The notes beneath the pieces were generated by a model. The model had not been told where the DNA came from, did no database searches, and saw only the letters and a list, made by a program, of their open reading frames with translations. This document shows positions 48,936-58,867 of a stretch of DNA of 64,000 nucleotides, one piece after another. A program made the position numbers and the translations under genes. Every line of letters starts with the position of its first letter. The first letter of the stretch is position 1. Source of the stretch: an uncultured virus (IMG/VR IMGVR_UViG_3300042318_000627) (taxonomy: Duplodnaviria; Heunggongvirae; Uroviricota; Caudoviricetes); IMG/VR virus record IMGVR_UViG_3300042318_000627, positions 1-64,000 of that record; one strand, written 5' to 3'.

Positions 48936-49498
48936 TTGTATGTAGTTTTTAAATCGGAGTTAAAGTGAAATATTGTTGGAAACAGATATTCCAATGTATA
49001 ATTTACATGAGTTATAACATTTCCCAACATTACGGTTTTCAAAATTTTTTCATAAAATTCACACGGGTTTTTCAATATCATAGTTTTTGACACTATGTAT
49101 TGACATCCACTTGTAAATTTTATTGGAATATTATATTGTATTCCATTTTCTTCTGCGTATTTTATTGTAGACGATAATATTTGATCACTGTCTCTGATAT
49201 ATGTGGTTCCTAAAGGCAAAAACTCAGTTTCAAAATCAAAACCATTGACCAAATCCAAAAAATTGCTGCAATGAGCAAATGGATTGTCTTGAGAAAAACA
49301 TACAAAATCCGGAAGATTGTTGTAATTGTTTATTATGTAATTCAAATATGCTCCTGTATCATATCCTTCATTTGGCATATTGAACTCAAATTTGTCATTT
49401 TGTTTAGGATTCTTGTTATACACAAGATATGGGTGTTTGATATCTTTCACCCAATCCAAGTTCTCTTTGAAATGACATATAACCACCACCAATTTCAT
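48932..49498 (-). CDS. DUF3431-like protein (GT-related)
   Basis: VVVICHFKENLDW, PNEGYD..YLNYIINNYNNLPD..F.Q..PFAH, LEYLFPTIF. Confidence 0.75.
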   Translation of the reverse strand: MKLVVVICHFKENLDWVKDIKHPYLVYNKNPKQNDKFEFNMPNEGYDTGAYLNYIINNYNNLPDFVCFSQDNPFAHCSNFLDLVNGFDFETEFLPLGTTYIRDSDQILSSTIKYAEENGIQYNIPIKFTSGCQYIVSKTMILKNPCEFYEKILKTVMLGNVITHVNYTLEYLFPTIFHFNSDLKTTYK

Positions 49499-49501
49499 AA
49501 G

Positions 49502-50785
49502 TTACAATTTTCCCGTTATTTTATCGCACCAACCTTTTGACTTACTATATGGCCATACAACCCATTTATCTGGTTTTTTTTCACAATCAAATTCTCGCCA
49601 AATCTTGATGTAAGAATTTTCGCCAGCATTTTTTAGTTGTTTGACTTCTCTTTCATCACAATCTTTGCGATATATAGTTTCTTCGTTTTTTTCAAATGCT
49701 ACGCACCAAAAATCGTAATCATCCAATGGAACTTGTGATGTTTGAATGTCGATGCAATGTTTGAATATACTAGAAAATGATTTTTCCCATTCTTCTTCGG
49801 TTTCAAAAATTTGTTGATTGGGCGGATATTTTTTATCCAATGTATATTGTTGAACGGCTCTGTTTGAAAATTTAAGACCTGAATATTTTTCATATTCTCT
49901 CAAAGTTCTTGCTTTACCAAATCCGTATATTCCCCAATCAATGGTATTATGATTTTCACCATCCATGGAAAATAATACTCTATTTCTTTTATGGCATTCG
50001 GAATTTCTTTGCCCCCAATCTTTTTTATCAACAATTTCTTCTATTTTTGCACCAGAATGATCGTCCCAATGCTTGGTTCTTCCTTTGCGTGTATATTCGT
50101 GCCACGCAATTATCTTGTGGGGATGGAATAAATCATATCCATGTGTGTATGCACGAACTGCAATACTTATTTCTTCTCCATGAAAATAATACTCTGGATC
50201 GTGTTGAACCTCTTTGCAAAACTGACCGGTAGTAAAAGCAAAGTGTGCAGAATAAAATCTAGATGGAACTGGTTCTGTTTTGTCTTTCCAATCTGGAATA
50301 GATGCGGGGAGAAAAAACACTGCACCTTCTGGGATAAATCTATCGAAATCCATTCTCCAAGGAACTTGAGTTCTGCCAGCCGGATCATTGTCTGGATCAA
50401 ATGCCGGAATGTATGAAGTCAATAATGGCTTTTTATGCCCCTTTTCTTTCAGTTGTTTATACATTCCAATAACAATATCATCCCAATATTTTACAAACCT
50501 ATGGTGTGAATCAAGTTGTAGGGTATATTCTTCATCATTGTATCTTTGTTGAATTTGATTTCTTGCCCAACAAGCTCCTTTGCTTTGTTTGTAATCAATA
50601 TCAATTATTTTTACATTTGACAAAGACTTTATTTCATCAATATTTTCTTCAGGAGCGTGTTGCCATGCAATGCAAAATACTAAATTTTCTGGATGTTTTG
50701 CATTTGCTATGCAGTCTTTTATTGTTGCGACAAGTTGCGGATCGCGATATGATGCAATTTGAATGAATATTTTATCTTTGAGCAT
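49502..50785 (-). CDS. GT60/Gnt1-like polypeptide alpha-GlcNAc transferase with extra C-terminal domain
   Basis: IFIQIASYRDPQL, GACWARN, TLQLDSHHRF, SAHFAF, YFHGEEISIAVRAYTHGYDLFHP, HEY. Confidence 0.85.
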   Translation of the reverse strand: MLKDKIFIQIASYRDPQLVATIKDCIANAKHPENLVFCIAWQHAPEENIDEIKSLSNVKIIDIDYKQSKGACWARNQIQQRYNDEEYTLQLDSHHRFVKYWDDIVIGMYKQLKEKGHKKPLLTSYIPAFDPDNDPAGRTQVPWRMDFDRFIPEGAVFFLPASIPDWKDKTEPVPSRFYSAHFAFTTGQFCKEVQHDPEYYFHGEEISIAVRAYTHGYDLFHPHKIIAWHEYTRKGRTKHWDDHSGAKIEEIVDKKDWGQRNSECHKRNRVLFSMDGENHNTIDWGIYGFGKARTLREYEKYSGLKFSNRAVQQYTLDKKYPPNQQIFETEEEWEKSFSSIFKHCIDIQTSQVPLDDYDFWCVAFEKNEETIYRKDCDEREVKQLKNAGENSYIKIWREFDCEKKPDKWVVWPYSKSKGWCDKITGKL

Positions 50786-50860
50786 ATAACATTTATAACA
50801 TTTACTTGTATATATACAAGTTATAAATAATATTAAACAATTGCCAATTGGAAAAATTGC

Positions 50861-51070
50861 TCAATAATATTCTATAATATCTGTGTCGCAGACAATCAGA
50901 TATGGTGATTTAACGGAAGTCAGTAGGCGTATTTCGGAAATTCCTGTACATAAGCCTCCGCATATTTTGTATCGAATACCATCTCTGATGAGGTCCATTT
51001 TTGCATTTTTAGTTGAGAGCGATATTAAAGCCGGTCTAATCACTTCGGATGTATGTTCCAGTGTTTTCAT
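50861..51070 (-). CDS. Small hypothetical protein
   Basis: ATG at 51070 just after the stop of the fibre gene; 69 aa. Confidence 0.45.
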   Translation of the reverse strand: MKTLEHTSEVIRPALISLSTKNAKMDLIRDGIRYKICGGLCTGISEIRLLTSVKSPYLIVCDTDIIEYY

Positions 51071-51072
51071 AA

Positions 51073-53502
51073 TTATCCTACGCAAGATGGCGAGCCAGCG
51101 CCCCGTACACATGCGGTGTGGGCATTTGCTCCGCCCGTTGTCAAATAACTCGTATCGTCTTCAGTACCAACAACGGGTCCGACAACATAACTTTCGGATG
51201 CTCCATCGCACCTAGTATATACTCCAGTATTGATACTATAATTACTATACGAGTATACAGGATTTTCCGGGTCGCTGTCGTCATACACCTTTGTTTGCGA
51301 CCAAACCCAAGTTTGTTCGTGACACGGTATTGCTGTTGGCGTTGGTTCTGGTTCAGTTGGCGTCGGTTCTGGTTCAGTTGGCGTTGGCGCTGGTTCAGTT
51401 GGCGTTGGCGCTGGTTCAGTTGCCGTTGGCGTTGGCGCTGGTTCAGTTGCCGTTGGCGTTGGCGCTGGTTCAGTTGCCGTTGGCGTTGGCGCTGGTTCAG
51501 TTGCCGTTGGAGTTGGTGTCGGCTGCGGTGTTGCCGTTGGCGTTGGTGTCGGCTGCGGTGTTGCCGTTGGAGTCGGCGTCGGTGTCGGTGTCGGCGTTGG
51601 CGTTGGTGCACCGGTCCCAAAATTGTAAGTTTGTTCTGCACTTAGATAAGTTCCAGTATTAGTTGTAACGCTTGCTCTGGCTCTGATCCAATACGGAGGA
51701 GTTGCTACTATTCCAGATTGAGCATTTGTAACAAGCAAGTAATCGCTGTTTGCGCCTTCATTACTTGGAGGAGCGCCATTTGTTCCAATTGTAACATATC
51801 CCGCACCGGCAAGACCGGCTTCCGATGCGGCGGACTTCAATTGTATTGTATGTGAACTAAATGTTTGTGAGTATGCATATGCCGAAGAATGTACGTCAAA
51901 TCTGCCAGGAGAGGATTCTATTATAAATCCAACATCTACGAATGGTGTCAGTGATGTAGCCGTTGGGGTAGGAATTGGCGTTGCCGTTGGCGTTGGCATC
52001 GGTGTTGCTGTTGGTCCAACGCTGGTTGCCGTCGGCGCTGGCATCGGTGTTGCTGTTGGTCCAACGCTGGTTGCCGTTGGCGTTGGTGTCGGTGTTGCTG
52101 TTGGTCCAACGCCGGTTGCCGTTGGCGTTGGTGTCGGTGTTGCTGTTGGTCCAACGCCGGTTGCCGTTGGCGTTGGTGTCGGTGTTGCCGTTGCCGTTGG
52201 TGTTGGCGTGGGTGTTGGAGTCGGTGTTGCTGTTGCCGTCGGTGTTGGCGTAGGCGGTACATACAACACCGCACCATATTCACTCACATATCCTTCAAAA
52301 CTAAATGTGCATGGTGCCGCACTTGAACTATAAAACACATAAATTGATTTATCTGTGTGTGCTACACCCAATTCCAATAATTGCAGATTGTTTCTGCTGT
52401 ATTTTGCATCTGTCAATGGAACTCTATTATTGTTCCATGAATGTATTCCACTTGCGCCAACTGGTGCAACAGATGATGTTGATCCAATTGACAACAATGG
52501 AGAACCAGTTGAATAAACAAATGCATCTGTCAAAACATAATTATCTGGAAGAATATCTCTTTTGTTTCCATTACCAAGATAACTAGATGTTCCATCACTC
52601 TTGAATCTCAAACTAAATTCTTTATCTGGATTGCTTGCTCTTGCGCCAGACACTGGTAATAAAATATGATTTGTTCCTTTTGAATCCAACCATTGAGTTG
52701 GTCCCGGATTTAAATTTGGAGAAGTATAAGAAGCAATCAATGTTGTATCTGAATTATTTACACCACTATAAAACATGCTTTTAATTTTGTTGGCGGTCAA
52801 TTCTGTGTTGAATACATGAGCTTCATAAATTGTACAATCAATATTGAATGCAGTAGAATGTCCATTGCCCATAACCACATATGATGATGAAATTGGTGTA
52901 GCAGAACTATATTGTGTACCAATCAATGTGCTGTTCAAATACAACTTCAAAGTGCCAGAAGAATCTCTGGTTAGAACTGCTTCAAAAACTTTGTCTTCGT
53001 AATCACACATAAAATTCGTCACTGGGATTTTCCCCTCAGTAATTCCATCGTATGTATAACCAATCAAATCATTATTTTCCATTCCAATATATGCAGTTTG
53101 GCTACCGGACACAAGTGTTTCTTTAGATTCTCCTATACCGAAAATTGCACGAAATACTGGTGGATCGGGGTACATGGAAGAAGGAATAAATGCACGAACC
53201 ATCAAACTAAATTCTGTTCCAACTTCTGGAAATTCTCCATAACAACGCAAATTCAAATCTGATATTGGTGCAATGTTTTGGTCAAACACAAGTCCATTGG
53301 CCGATTGATAGCCATGCATTGGCGTGAACACTTCCAAGAATCCACCAGATACAACATATTTGGCCAAATCACCGGCAGAAATTGCTTTGGTTTCTCCGGT
53401 CGGAGATGTGTTTTCAGACACATCCACTATAGGAATCAAATCGCCATAAACAAGCTGGCTACCACTTACTCTGCGAAGTTGAGATGTTTTCTGATTAGAC
53501 AT
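51073..53502 (-). CDS. Putative fibre/appendage protein: LamG-like domain + two Pro-Thr mucin-like stalks
   Basis: [25 protein letters not shown] (LamG-like); long PT/PTAT tracts; late motif at 53516-53523. Confidence 0.7.
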   Translation of the reverse strand: MSNQKTSQLRRVSGSQLVYGDLIPIVDVSENTSPTGETKAISAGDLAKYVVSGGFLEVFTPMHGYQSANGLVFDQNIAPISDLNLRCYGEFPEVGTEFSLMVRAFIPSSMYPDPPVFRAIFGIGESKETLVSGSQTAYIGMENNDLIGYTYDGITEGKIPVTNFMCDYEDKVFEAVLTRDSSGTLKLYLNSTLIGTQYSSATPISSSYVVMGNGHSTAFNIDCTIYEAHVFNTELTANKIKSMFYSGVNNSDTTLIASYTSPNLNPGPTQWLDSKGTNHILLPVSGARASNPDKEFSLRFKSDGTSSYLGNGNKRDILPDNYVLTDAFVYSTGSPLLSIGSTSSVAPVGASGIHSWNNNRVPLTDAKYSRNNLQLLELGVAHTDKSIYVFYSSSAAPCTFSFEGYVSEYGAVLYVPPTPTPTATATPTPTPTPTPTATATPTPTPTATGVGPTATPTPTPTATGVGPTATPTPTPTATSVGPTATPMPAPTATSVGPTATPMPTPTATPIPTPTATSLTPFVDVGFIIESSPGRFDVHSSAYAYSQTFSSHTIQLKSAASEAGLAGAGYVTIGTNGAPPSNEGANSDYLLVTNAQSGIVATPPYWIRARASVTTNTGTYLSAEQTYNFGTGAPTPTPTPTPTPTPTATPQPTPTPTATPQPTPTPTATEPAPTPTATEPAPTPTATEPAPTPTATEPAPTPTEPAPTPTEPEPTPTEPEPTPTAIPCHEQTWVWSQTKVYDDSDPENPVYSYSNYSINTGVYTRCDGASESYVVGPVVGTEDDTSYLTTGGANAHTACVRGAGSPSCVG
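51335..51610 (-). repeat. Coding tandem repeat (PTPTATEPA, 27-nt units, and variants)
   Basis: Repeated ggttcagttgccgttggcgttggcgct on the + strand. Confidence 0.9.
51958..52258 (-). repeat. Coding tandem repeat (PTAT[G/S]VGPTATP[T/M]P[T/A], 45-nt units)
   Basis: Repeated ggtgttgctgttggtccaacgc[ct]ggttgccgt on the + strand. Confidence 0.9.
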
Positions 53503-53581
53503 AGTATCTTTTCATTATAAATATCAATCTATTTGAAAAATATATATCAATCTGCCCCTTTTATAACAAGAACTTTTTATA

Positions 53582-54364
53582 TTACCCAAGTCTTTTTATC
53601 TTTTTTACAATAAACTTAGTCAATGCACTGCGAAGAATGTCATCATCTGTAAATTCAAATGTATATATGCCATTTTCTTTGCTGTCATCATCATTGAACA
53701 GATTGAATATATCTCTGAAACCAGACCTTGTTCCAATGTCAGATTGCTGCGGATCTCCGCACATAAATACTTTACAAAATTCTCCAGTTCTTGTCATCAT
53801 GGTGATCAATTCTTTCTGTGTGCAATTCTGCAATTCATCTCCCACCACAGCTTTTGCATTCCAGTTTAATCCTCTCAAATATCCAATTGGCAATCCTTCT
53901 ACTCTGTTTTCTTTTATCAAATATTGAATATCTTCTTTTGGCAGAAGTTCATCCATTTTGTCTATCAGTGGTCGTTTGAACGGAGATAATTTGTCGTCGG
54001 CTTCACCTGGCAATGTTCCCATTTTAACATCCGCACTTTCAACAATACTTCTTACATAAAGTATGTCGCTAACTTTTTTCTCATTCATGAGCATCAATGA
54101 TGCTAGTACAGACAAATATGTTTTTGTAGAACCTGCTGGACCAGATATGAGCAACAGTTTTACTTTACGATCCATTGCCAACTCAATGAAAGCTTTCTGC
54201 TTCGGAGTAAGTTCTCTGTGCAATATGGTTAAATAATGATCTATTTTATTTCTTTGATGAACAACTGGACTTTTATCTTTTGCGGGTTGTTGAGACAAAG
54301 ATAATGTTTGGCTTGGTGCATTATTTTTCTTTTTGTTGTTGTTCAGTCGTTTTTGTTTTGACAT
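53582..54364 (-). CDS. phoH: PhoH-family ATPase
   Basis: SGPAGSTKT, MGTLPG..DKLSP, YLRGL, DELQN, TRTG, GDPQQSD, DILRS. Confidence 0.92.
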   Translation of the reverse strand: MSKQKRLNNNKKKNNAPSQTLSLSQQPAKDKSPVVHQRNKIDHYLTILHRELTPKQKAFIELAMDRKVKLLLISGPAGSTKTYLSVLASLMLMNEKKVSDILYVRSIVESADVKMGTLPGEADDKLSPFKRPLIDKMDELLPKEDIQYLIKENRVEGLPIGYLRGLNWNAKAVVGDELQNCTQKELITMMTRTGEFCKVFMCGDPQQSDIGTRSGFRDIFNLFNDDDSKENGIYTFEFTDDDILRSALTKFIVKKIKRLG

Positions 54365-54365
54365 A

Positions 54366-54737
54366 TTATTTTTTTATTTTTTTGTATGTGAATATAGTAC
54401 TCAATTTATCCAATTTACTTATAATTTTTTTAATTCTTGCACAAATTTGAAACTGTTGATGGTCCATACTGAACTCAAAGACAGTTTCTAAACTTTCCTT
54501 GAAATCTTTTCTTTGCAAGACCACCACAAAACTTGAATTTTTAAAACAGAATAATTCTATTCCGCCAAGTTTGTTTGATATAGCATACTCTATTGTATTT
54601 ACAATATTGATATTTATTTCTTTTCTGTTTTCCAGAACATACTTTTCCATTTCGGAATTATCACAGGGAAGTTCAACAACTTCATATTTTGAATTTAAAA
54701 CTTTATTAGACTTCTTTTTACGCGGAGTCTTTTTCAT
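54366..54737 (-). CDS. Hypothetical protein
   Basis: 123-aa ORF in operon. Confidence 0.65.
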   Translation of the reverse strand: MKKTPRKKKSNKVLNSKYEVVELPCDNSEMEKYVLENRKEININIVNTIEYAISNKLGGIELFCFKNSSFVVVLQRKDFKESLETVFEFSMDHQQFQICARIKKIISKLDKLSTIFTYKKIKK

Positions 54738-55095
54738 ATACTGAAGATAAATATATCTCTAGCCATGCTTTACCCATCATATTCACAAATTTTTCGTTCT
54801 GAGAAAGTTTTAGTTCTCCTGTAGAATCTAATATAATATGCACAACTTCGTGAAAGAATGTTTCTATCATTGTTTCTTCTGTAATGATTAACTTTCGTTC
54901 CACCATTTTGCCGTCTTCTTTATATCGTTTTGTTACTTCTCCCAAATCTTGAATTTGAATCAACTTCAAATCTTCGTCCGCGTTTCCATAACAATCCTCG
55001 GTTTCAAACAAATCTTTTTTTATAACAACGGTATATTTGTGTCCAAGTAGTGTAAATTCTTTCGGAATATTGATTTTTTTAATTGGATTCAGCAC
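54718..55095 (-). CDS. HExxH metallopeptidase-like protein
   Basis: CYG..IQI..ETFFHEVVHIIL..EKFV. Confidence 0.7.
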   Translation of the reverse strand: MLNPIKKINIPKEFTLLGHKYTVVIKKDLFETEDCYGNADEDLKLIQIQDLGEVTKRYKEDGKMVERKLIITEETMIETFFHEVVHIILDSTGELKLSQNEKFVNMMGKAWLEIYLSSVYEKDSA

Positions 55096-55173
55096 TACAT
55101 ATAAGTATCATGGAAAATAGAAAAGAACCTAATTTAGTTGATAAAGCAAGAAGTTTAGGAACTGCTGTAACCA

Positions 55174-55629
55174 TTATATACACTTCATCAAAAGTTTATA
55201 ATAATAAGTATAATCCATTCTGCGCTTAACACTGCCAGATTTGTGCTTGAATACACTTTTTATAGTAACAAAATCGTCTCCAATTTTTTCTGTATCAAAC
55301 ATAGTTGACAGATATTCATTCACCGCAATATCTTGTGATATGTTTGACCATTCTCTGTCATGCTTTGGATTAATTAGCCAATGACCAAACATAACATGAC
55401 ACATTTCATGGCAGATAATAAATACTTTTTTTGTATCATCACATTTCTTCCAAAAATTTGGATTGGCAACAATTCTAAAATTATTGTTGTGTATTTCTAA
55501 CTCAACACTTTCAGCATCTTTGTTAAATACCATATGCTCAAATGTTCTCCACATACCATCAAACAATGGATTGACGCACAAAAGTTGCATTGACAACCAA
55601 CCAAAATCTTTCTTGTTCAATTTTTTCAT
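55174..55629 (-). CDS. HExxH metallopeptidase-like protein (DUF2201 N-domain-like)
   Basis: NPNFW..FIICHEMCHVMFGH..NISQDIAVNE. Confidence 0.7.
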   Translation of the reverse strand: MKKLNKKDFGWLSMQLLCVNPLFDGMWRTFEHMVFNKDAESVELEIHNNNFRIVANPNFWKKCDDTKKVFIICHEMCHVMFGHWLINPKHDREWSNISQDIAVNEYLSTMFDTEKIGDDFVTIKSVFKHKSGSVKRRMDYTYYYKLLMKCI

Positions 55630-55633
55630 AAAT

Positions 55634-55660
55634 AAAAAAGGGGAGCATATGCTCCCCTAT
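55634..55660 (-). terminator. Rho-independent terminator
   Basis: AGGGGAGCATATGCTCCCCT followed by a T-tract, just downstream of 55664..55867. Confidence 0.75.
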
Positions 55661-55663
55661 ATT

Positions 55664-55867
55664 TTATCGGCTACGGCGAGCCTTTTTCTTGGGCCTCTCG
55701 GTCTTGGTGGCAACATACTTCTCACCAGCAGACTTTCTGCGTGCTGCATTTACCCACGAGTTGCGCGTCTTGCGACTAGCAAACTCGTATGTTTTACCTT
55801 CTGCCAGCAGACTTTTCACCTCTTCCTCGGAGGTTGCCAGCAGGATTTTTTGCTTTAGTCCAGTCAT
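55664..55867 (-). CDS. Small basic hypothetical protein
   Basis: 67 aa, K/R-rich C-terminus; followed by a terminator. Confidence 0.7.
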   Translation of the reverse strand: MTGLKQKILLATSEEEVKSLLAEGKTYEFASRKTRNSWVNAARRKSAGEKYVATKTERPKKKARRSR

Positions 55868-55870
55868 AAA

Positions 55871-56065
55871 TTAACGACGATAGTTGAGTTGACGAACATC
55901 AAGCTTGCTACCATCTGGATTGCGCTTGATAATACCCGCCCAATACTCATATTCCCTTTGGGCATCTAGCTTGGAGTCATACTCCGAATCGCTTACGCGG
56001 ATGCCGTTCCGAAAAATGGCATACATTGCTGGTTCAGTTTGATTGTCAACTGTGTTATTTTGCAT
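55871..56065 (-). CDS. Hypothetical protein
   Basis: 64-aa ORF in operon. Confidence 0.65.
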   Translation of the reverse strand: MQNNTVDNQTEPAMYAIFRNGIRVSDSEYDSKLDAQREYEYWAGIIKRNPDGSKLDVRQLNYRR

Positions 56066-56077
56066 ACTTTTTGTTTT

Positions 56078-56266
56078 TTAGTCGTTATACTGAGAATAGG
56101 CATAACTGTCGAGCATAGACAGTTCGTCTGTAATATCATGAATTGTGGGCTCAATCATGGCTGGTAGCCCAACCATCTTAACAGGTTGTTCAGTGTCCAC
56201 AGAAACATTGTTTTTGGGACGACCAACGCCGCGAGTTTGTTTAGTTGTATTGGATGTTTTATTCAT
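56078..56266 (-). CDS. Hypothetical protein (RGVGRPK AT-hook-like)
   Basis: Start reassigned to ATG 56266, which follows TTGACT-N17-CAGTAT-N7. Confidence 0.65.
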   Translation of the reverse strand: MNKTSNTTKQTRGVGRPKNNVSVDTEQPVKMVGLPAMIEPTIHDITDELSMLDSYAYSQYND

Positions 56267-56341
56267 CTTGTATATACTGGCTGCACATTTAATAAAAGTC
56301 AACCACTTTTTTCGTAAATATACTATTTATAATAACCCCTC

Positions 56342-56488
56342 ATGAAAAATAGCATATACACATTTTTTGATAGAATGAGGCACGCTGGTATGCATTGTTT
56401 GTGCATAATAAAATGTATAAGATTGAGAAGAAATCCTGTGTTTTATATCAAAGGATTGTGTCGTACATTATTTACTATAAAGTATTAA
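56342..56488 (+). CDS. Small basic Cys-containing protein (48 aa)
   Basis: [48 protein letters not shown]; sense-strand TATTTATA at 56324-56331. Confidence 0.4.
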   Translation: MKNSIYTFFDRMRHAGMHCLCIIKCIRLRRNPVFYIKGLCRTLFTIKY

Positions 56489-57882
56489 CAAGCGCGAGAT
56501 GACGTGGCGGCGGTTCCTGTATACTGGGTTGTTATCGCAACTCCGCATGCAACAGAATACACTTTTCCATTTGGAGTTCCGGACGTGCTACTTGCGTTTC
56601 TGGTTACACCATATGGGTCGGTATAATCAAAATTGTAATTACCCTGCTGATTACAAGTTGCATCAATCTGACGCGAATCCAATCTTGGGTCCGATGTTGA
56701 TGAACACGCGGAAGTTCTCAAATTTGTTCCATACACAAGACGAAGTGAATTTTGAACAATACAAACTCCGTTAACAGCGGTGGTGTATGGAGTTCCAGTT
56801 GAAGAAACAATCGTCGGTCCTCCTCCGGAATTCTCCCACGATGCAGATACTCGACCAACCGAATCATAGTCCATCCATATTCGTTGACTTGGAACCGGAG
56901 TGGCCGTTGGCGTCGGTGTAGGCGTTGCTGTTGGTGTCGGCGTAGGAGTTGCCGTTGGTGTGGGAGTCGGCGTTGGGGTTGGTCCGGTTGGTGTTGGCGT
57001 TGGTGTTGGCGTTGGACCGGTTGCTGTTGGAGTTGGTGTCGGCGTTGCTGTTGGCGTTGGTGTTGGTGTCGGAGTGGACGTTGGCGTTGCTGTTGGCGTC
57101 GGAGTTGGTGCGGCAACACAATCAACAACATTTTCTGGATCAAATGAAAATACATCATTATAACTCACAACTTCCAACAAATCAACACATGGAAATGCTC
57201 CAGACCCCGTTAAAGATTGAGTTGTAACTCCGTTGATAATTTCACTGATATTATCAGATCCACCCGTACTAAGATTTCTGGTGTGATATTGATAATACCC
57301 GGATGCATTAAAAACTTTTAAATTTGTTGAGTATGAACCAGAACGGTATGAAAATAATTGTGCTTTTTTCAAACCATTTCCAGTTACTTTTGTCACTCTC
57401 ATACGCACAGTATCCGGTATATTAGTTGTACGCATATATGAAAGAATATATGTTCCGGATTGGAAGTTTGATGTGATATTATAAGATTGTCCAGTTGTCA
57501 ATGTTGCTGCTACTACATTTCCATTAAAAACCACAGGATCGAGTGTTGTTGCAGCACGATCCCAATCAAGTGTATATGCTGTTTGTGATTGCGAGTCTAT
57601 TCGCCAAACCAACTTTACTTCATTACCATAGCATTTTGTTGAACCAGTGATTTGTATTTCATTGCAAGAAAACGATGCGGACATGTTTGCATCAACTGTT
57701 GGTGTTGGTGTTGGCGTTGGTGTTGGTGTTACATCTGAAACATACGGATCTCCCCAGCCAATATTGCGAGAATCAAATTCTTGTTTTAGATAAGCAAGTC
57801 CTTCGTCGGTGCCAATAATTTCTCCAAGTTTTCCAAATACGCTTCCCGATGGTGTCCCGTGTGATGCAATTGTGTTAGACAT
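56485..57882 (-). CDS. Putative fibre/appendage protein with Pro-Thr stalks
   Basis: Start reassigned to [13 protein letters not shown] (57882), paralogous to the N-terminus of the next gene; PT tracts at about 56900-57112 and 57697-57730. Confidence 0.7.
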   Translation of the reverse strand: MSNTIASHGTPSGSVFGKLGEIIGTDEGLAYLKQEFDSRNIGWGDPYVSDVTPTPTPTPTPTVDANMSASFSCNEIQITGSTKCYGNEVKLVWRIDSQSQTAYTLDWDRAATTLDPVVFNGNVVAATLTTGQSYNITSNFQSGTYILSYMRTTNIPDTVRMRVTKVTGNGLKKAQLFSYRSGSYSTNLKVFNASGYYQYHTRNLSTGGSDNISEIINGVTTQSLTGSGAFPCVDLLEVVSYNDVFSFDPENVVDCVAAPTPTPTATPTSTPTPTPTPTATPTPTPTATGPTPTPTPTPTGPTPTPTPTPTATPTPTPTATPTPTPTATPVPSQRIWMDYDSVGRVSASWENSGGGPTIVSSTGTPYTTAVNGVCIVQNSLRLVYGTNLRTSACSSTSDPRLDSRQIDATCNQQGNYNFDYTDPYGVTRNASSTSGTPNGKVYSVACGVAITTQYTGTAATSSRAC

Positions 57883-58864
57883 AAATTGTGATATAACCAT
57901 TGCCGGTTGCCAAACTTTCTTGGTTTCCTGTCTCATATACCCCACCGCCGCTGCTTCCGCCTCGTATGAAGGAAATTCCCACGTCACCACCTCCCGCACC
58001 ACCACCACCTTGGCCGGGACCATATGTGTTGGTATTATGATTCTGAGGACCGGAAGGACCATCTATTGCAATAAACAATATATCTTGCCACTCACCGTAT
58101 GACGGCCCGACTGGACCGGCGTTACTAGAGCCACCACCTCCACCGCCACCACCCACACCGATTTGTAATTCATCAGACCCATTTAAAATCACCGAAGCTC
58201 CACCTCCACCACCCCCGCCAGTTGAAAATGCCTCTCCCATAGCAGCAACTCCACCACGCCCACCGCTGTAATACCCAGCACCGGGCTCTCCGCCCTCCCA
58301 TGCAAAATACCCAACACTACCACCCACGTTTCCTGGAATTAATTTATATGTTCCATCCAAACCGAAACCTCCTGAGAATCGCGACCCTTTTCCTCCAACT
58401 CCACCGGAATATGTCGAATCTCCACCAGCGCCCCCCGCAGCGCCGTTGATATCAATATACACGTTAAACGCACCCACCGCCGGAGAAATTGTCCACGTGT
58501 TATAACCAGATACAGTCAAAGGTCCATCCACATCCAAGTTCCATGTTGTTTTTGATCCTATTGCGGGTGATATATTCAACACTCTTTGTCCTGATGTCGG
58601 AGTAGGGGTTGGTGTCGGACCTCCTCCAGTTGGAGTTGGTGTCGGCGTAGCCGTTGGTGTCGGCGTAGCCGTTGGAGTTGGTGTTGATGTCGGAGTTGGC
58701 GTAGGCGTCGGAGTTGGTGCAACATTATACGCTCTCCATCCAATATTTGAAGAATCGCCAGATATTTTCACATATTTTAATCCATCGTTCATTTCTATCA
58801 ATGATCCTATGGTGCCAAAAACTTGACCATTTGGATTTCCATGCAGTGGTATTGTTCTTACCAT
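57875..58864 (-). CDS. Putative fibre protein: adapter N-terminus + PT stalk + glycine-rich domain
   Basis: [21 protein letters not shown] tract, [30 protein letters not shown]. Confidence 0.7.
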   Translation of the reverse strand: MVRTIPLHGNPNGQVFGTIGSLIEMNDGLKYVKISGDSSNIGWRAYNVAPTPTPTPTPTSTPTPTATPTPTATPTPTPTGGGPTPTPTPTSGQRVLNISPAIGSKTTWNLDVDGPLTVSGYNTWTISPAVGAFNVYIDINGAAGGAGGDSTYSGGVGGKGSRFSGGFGLDGTYKLIPGNVGGSVGYFAWEGGEPGAGYYSGGRGGVAAMGEAFSTGGGGGGGASVILNGSDELQIGVGGGGGGGGSSNAGPVGPSYGEWQDILFIAIDGPSGPQNHNTNTYGPGQGGGGAGGGDVGISFIRGGSSGGGVYETGNQESLATGNGYITIYV

Positions 58865-58867
58865 AAA

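Noticed and set aside
51335..52258. Repeats considered as a CRISPR array
   Set aside because: Units are contiguous, in frame and lack unique spacers; no cas genes are present.
51118..57227. Several ORFs over the PT repeats (W/R/C-rich, VGVG, QRQRQ, LALALV)
   Set aside because: These are alternative-frame or antisense shadows of the Pro-Thr coding repeats.
57883..58062. N-terminal extension of ORF 56485..58062
   Set aside because: Overlaps the upstream gene by about 190 nt; paralogy supports the start at 57882.
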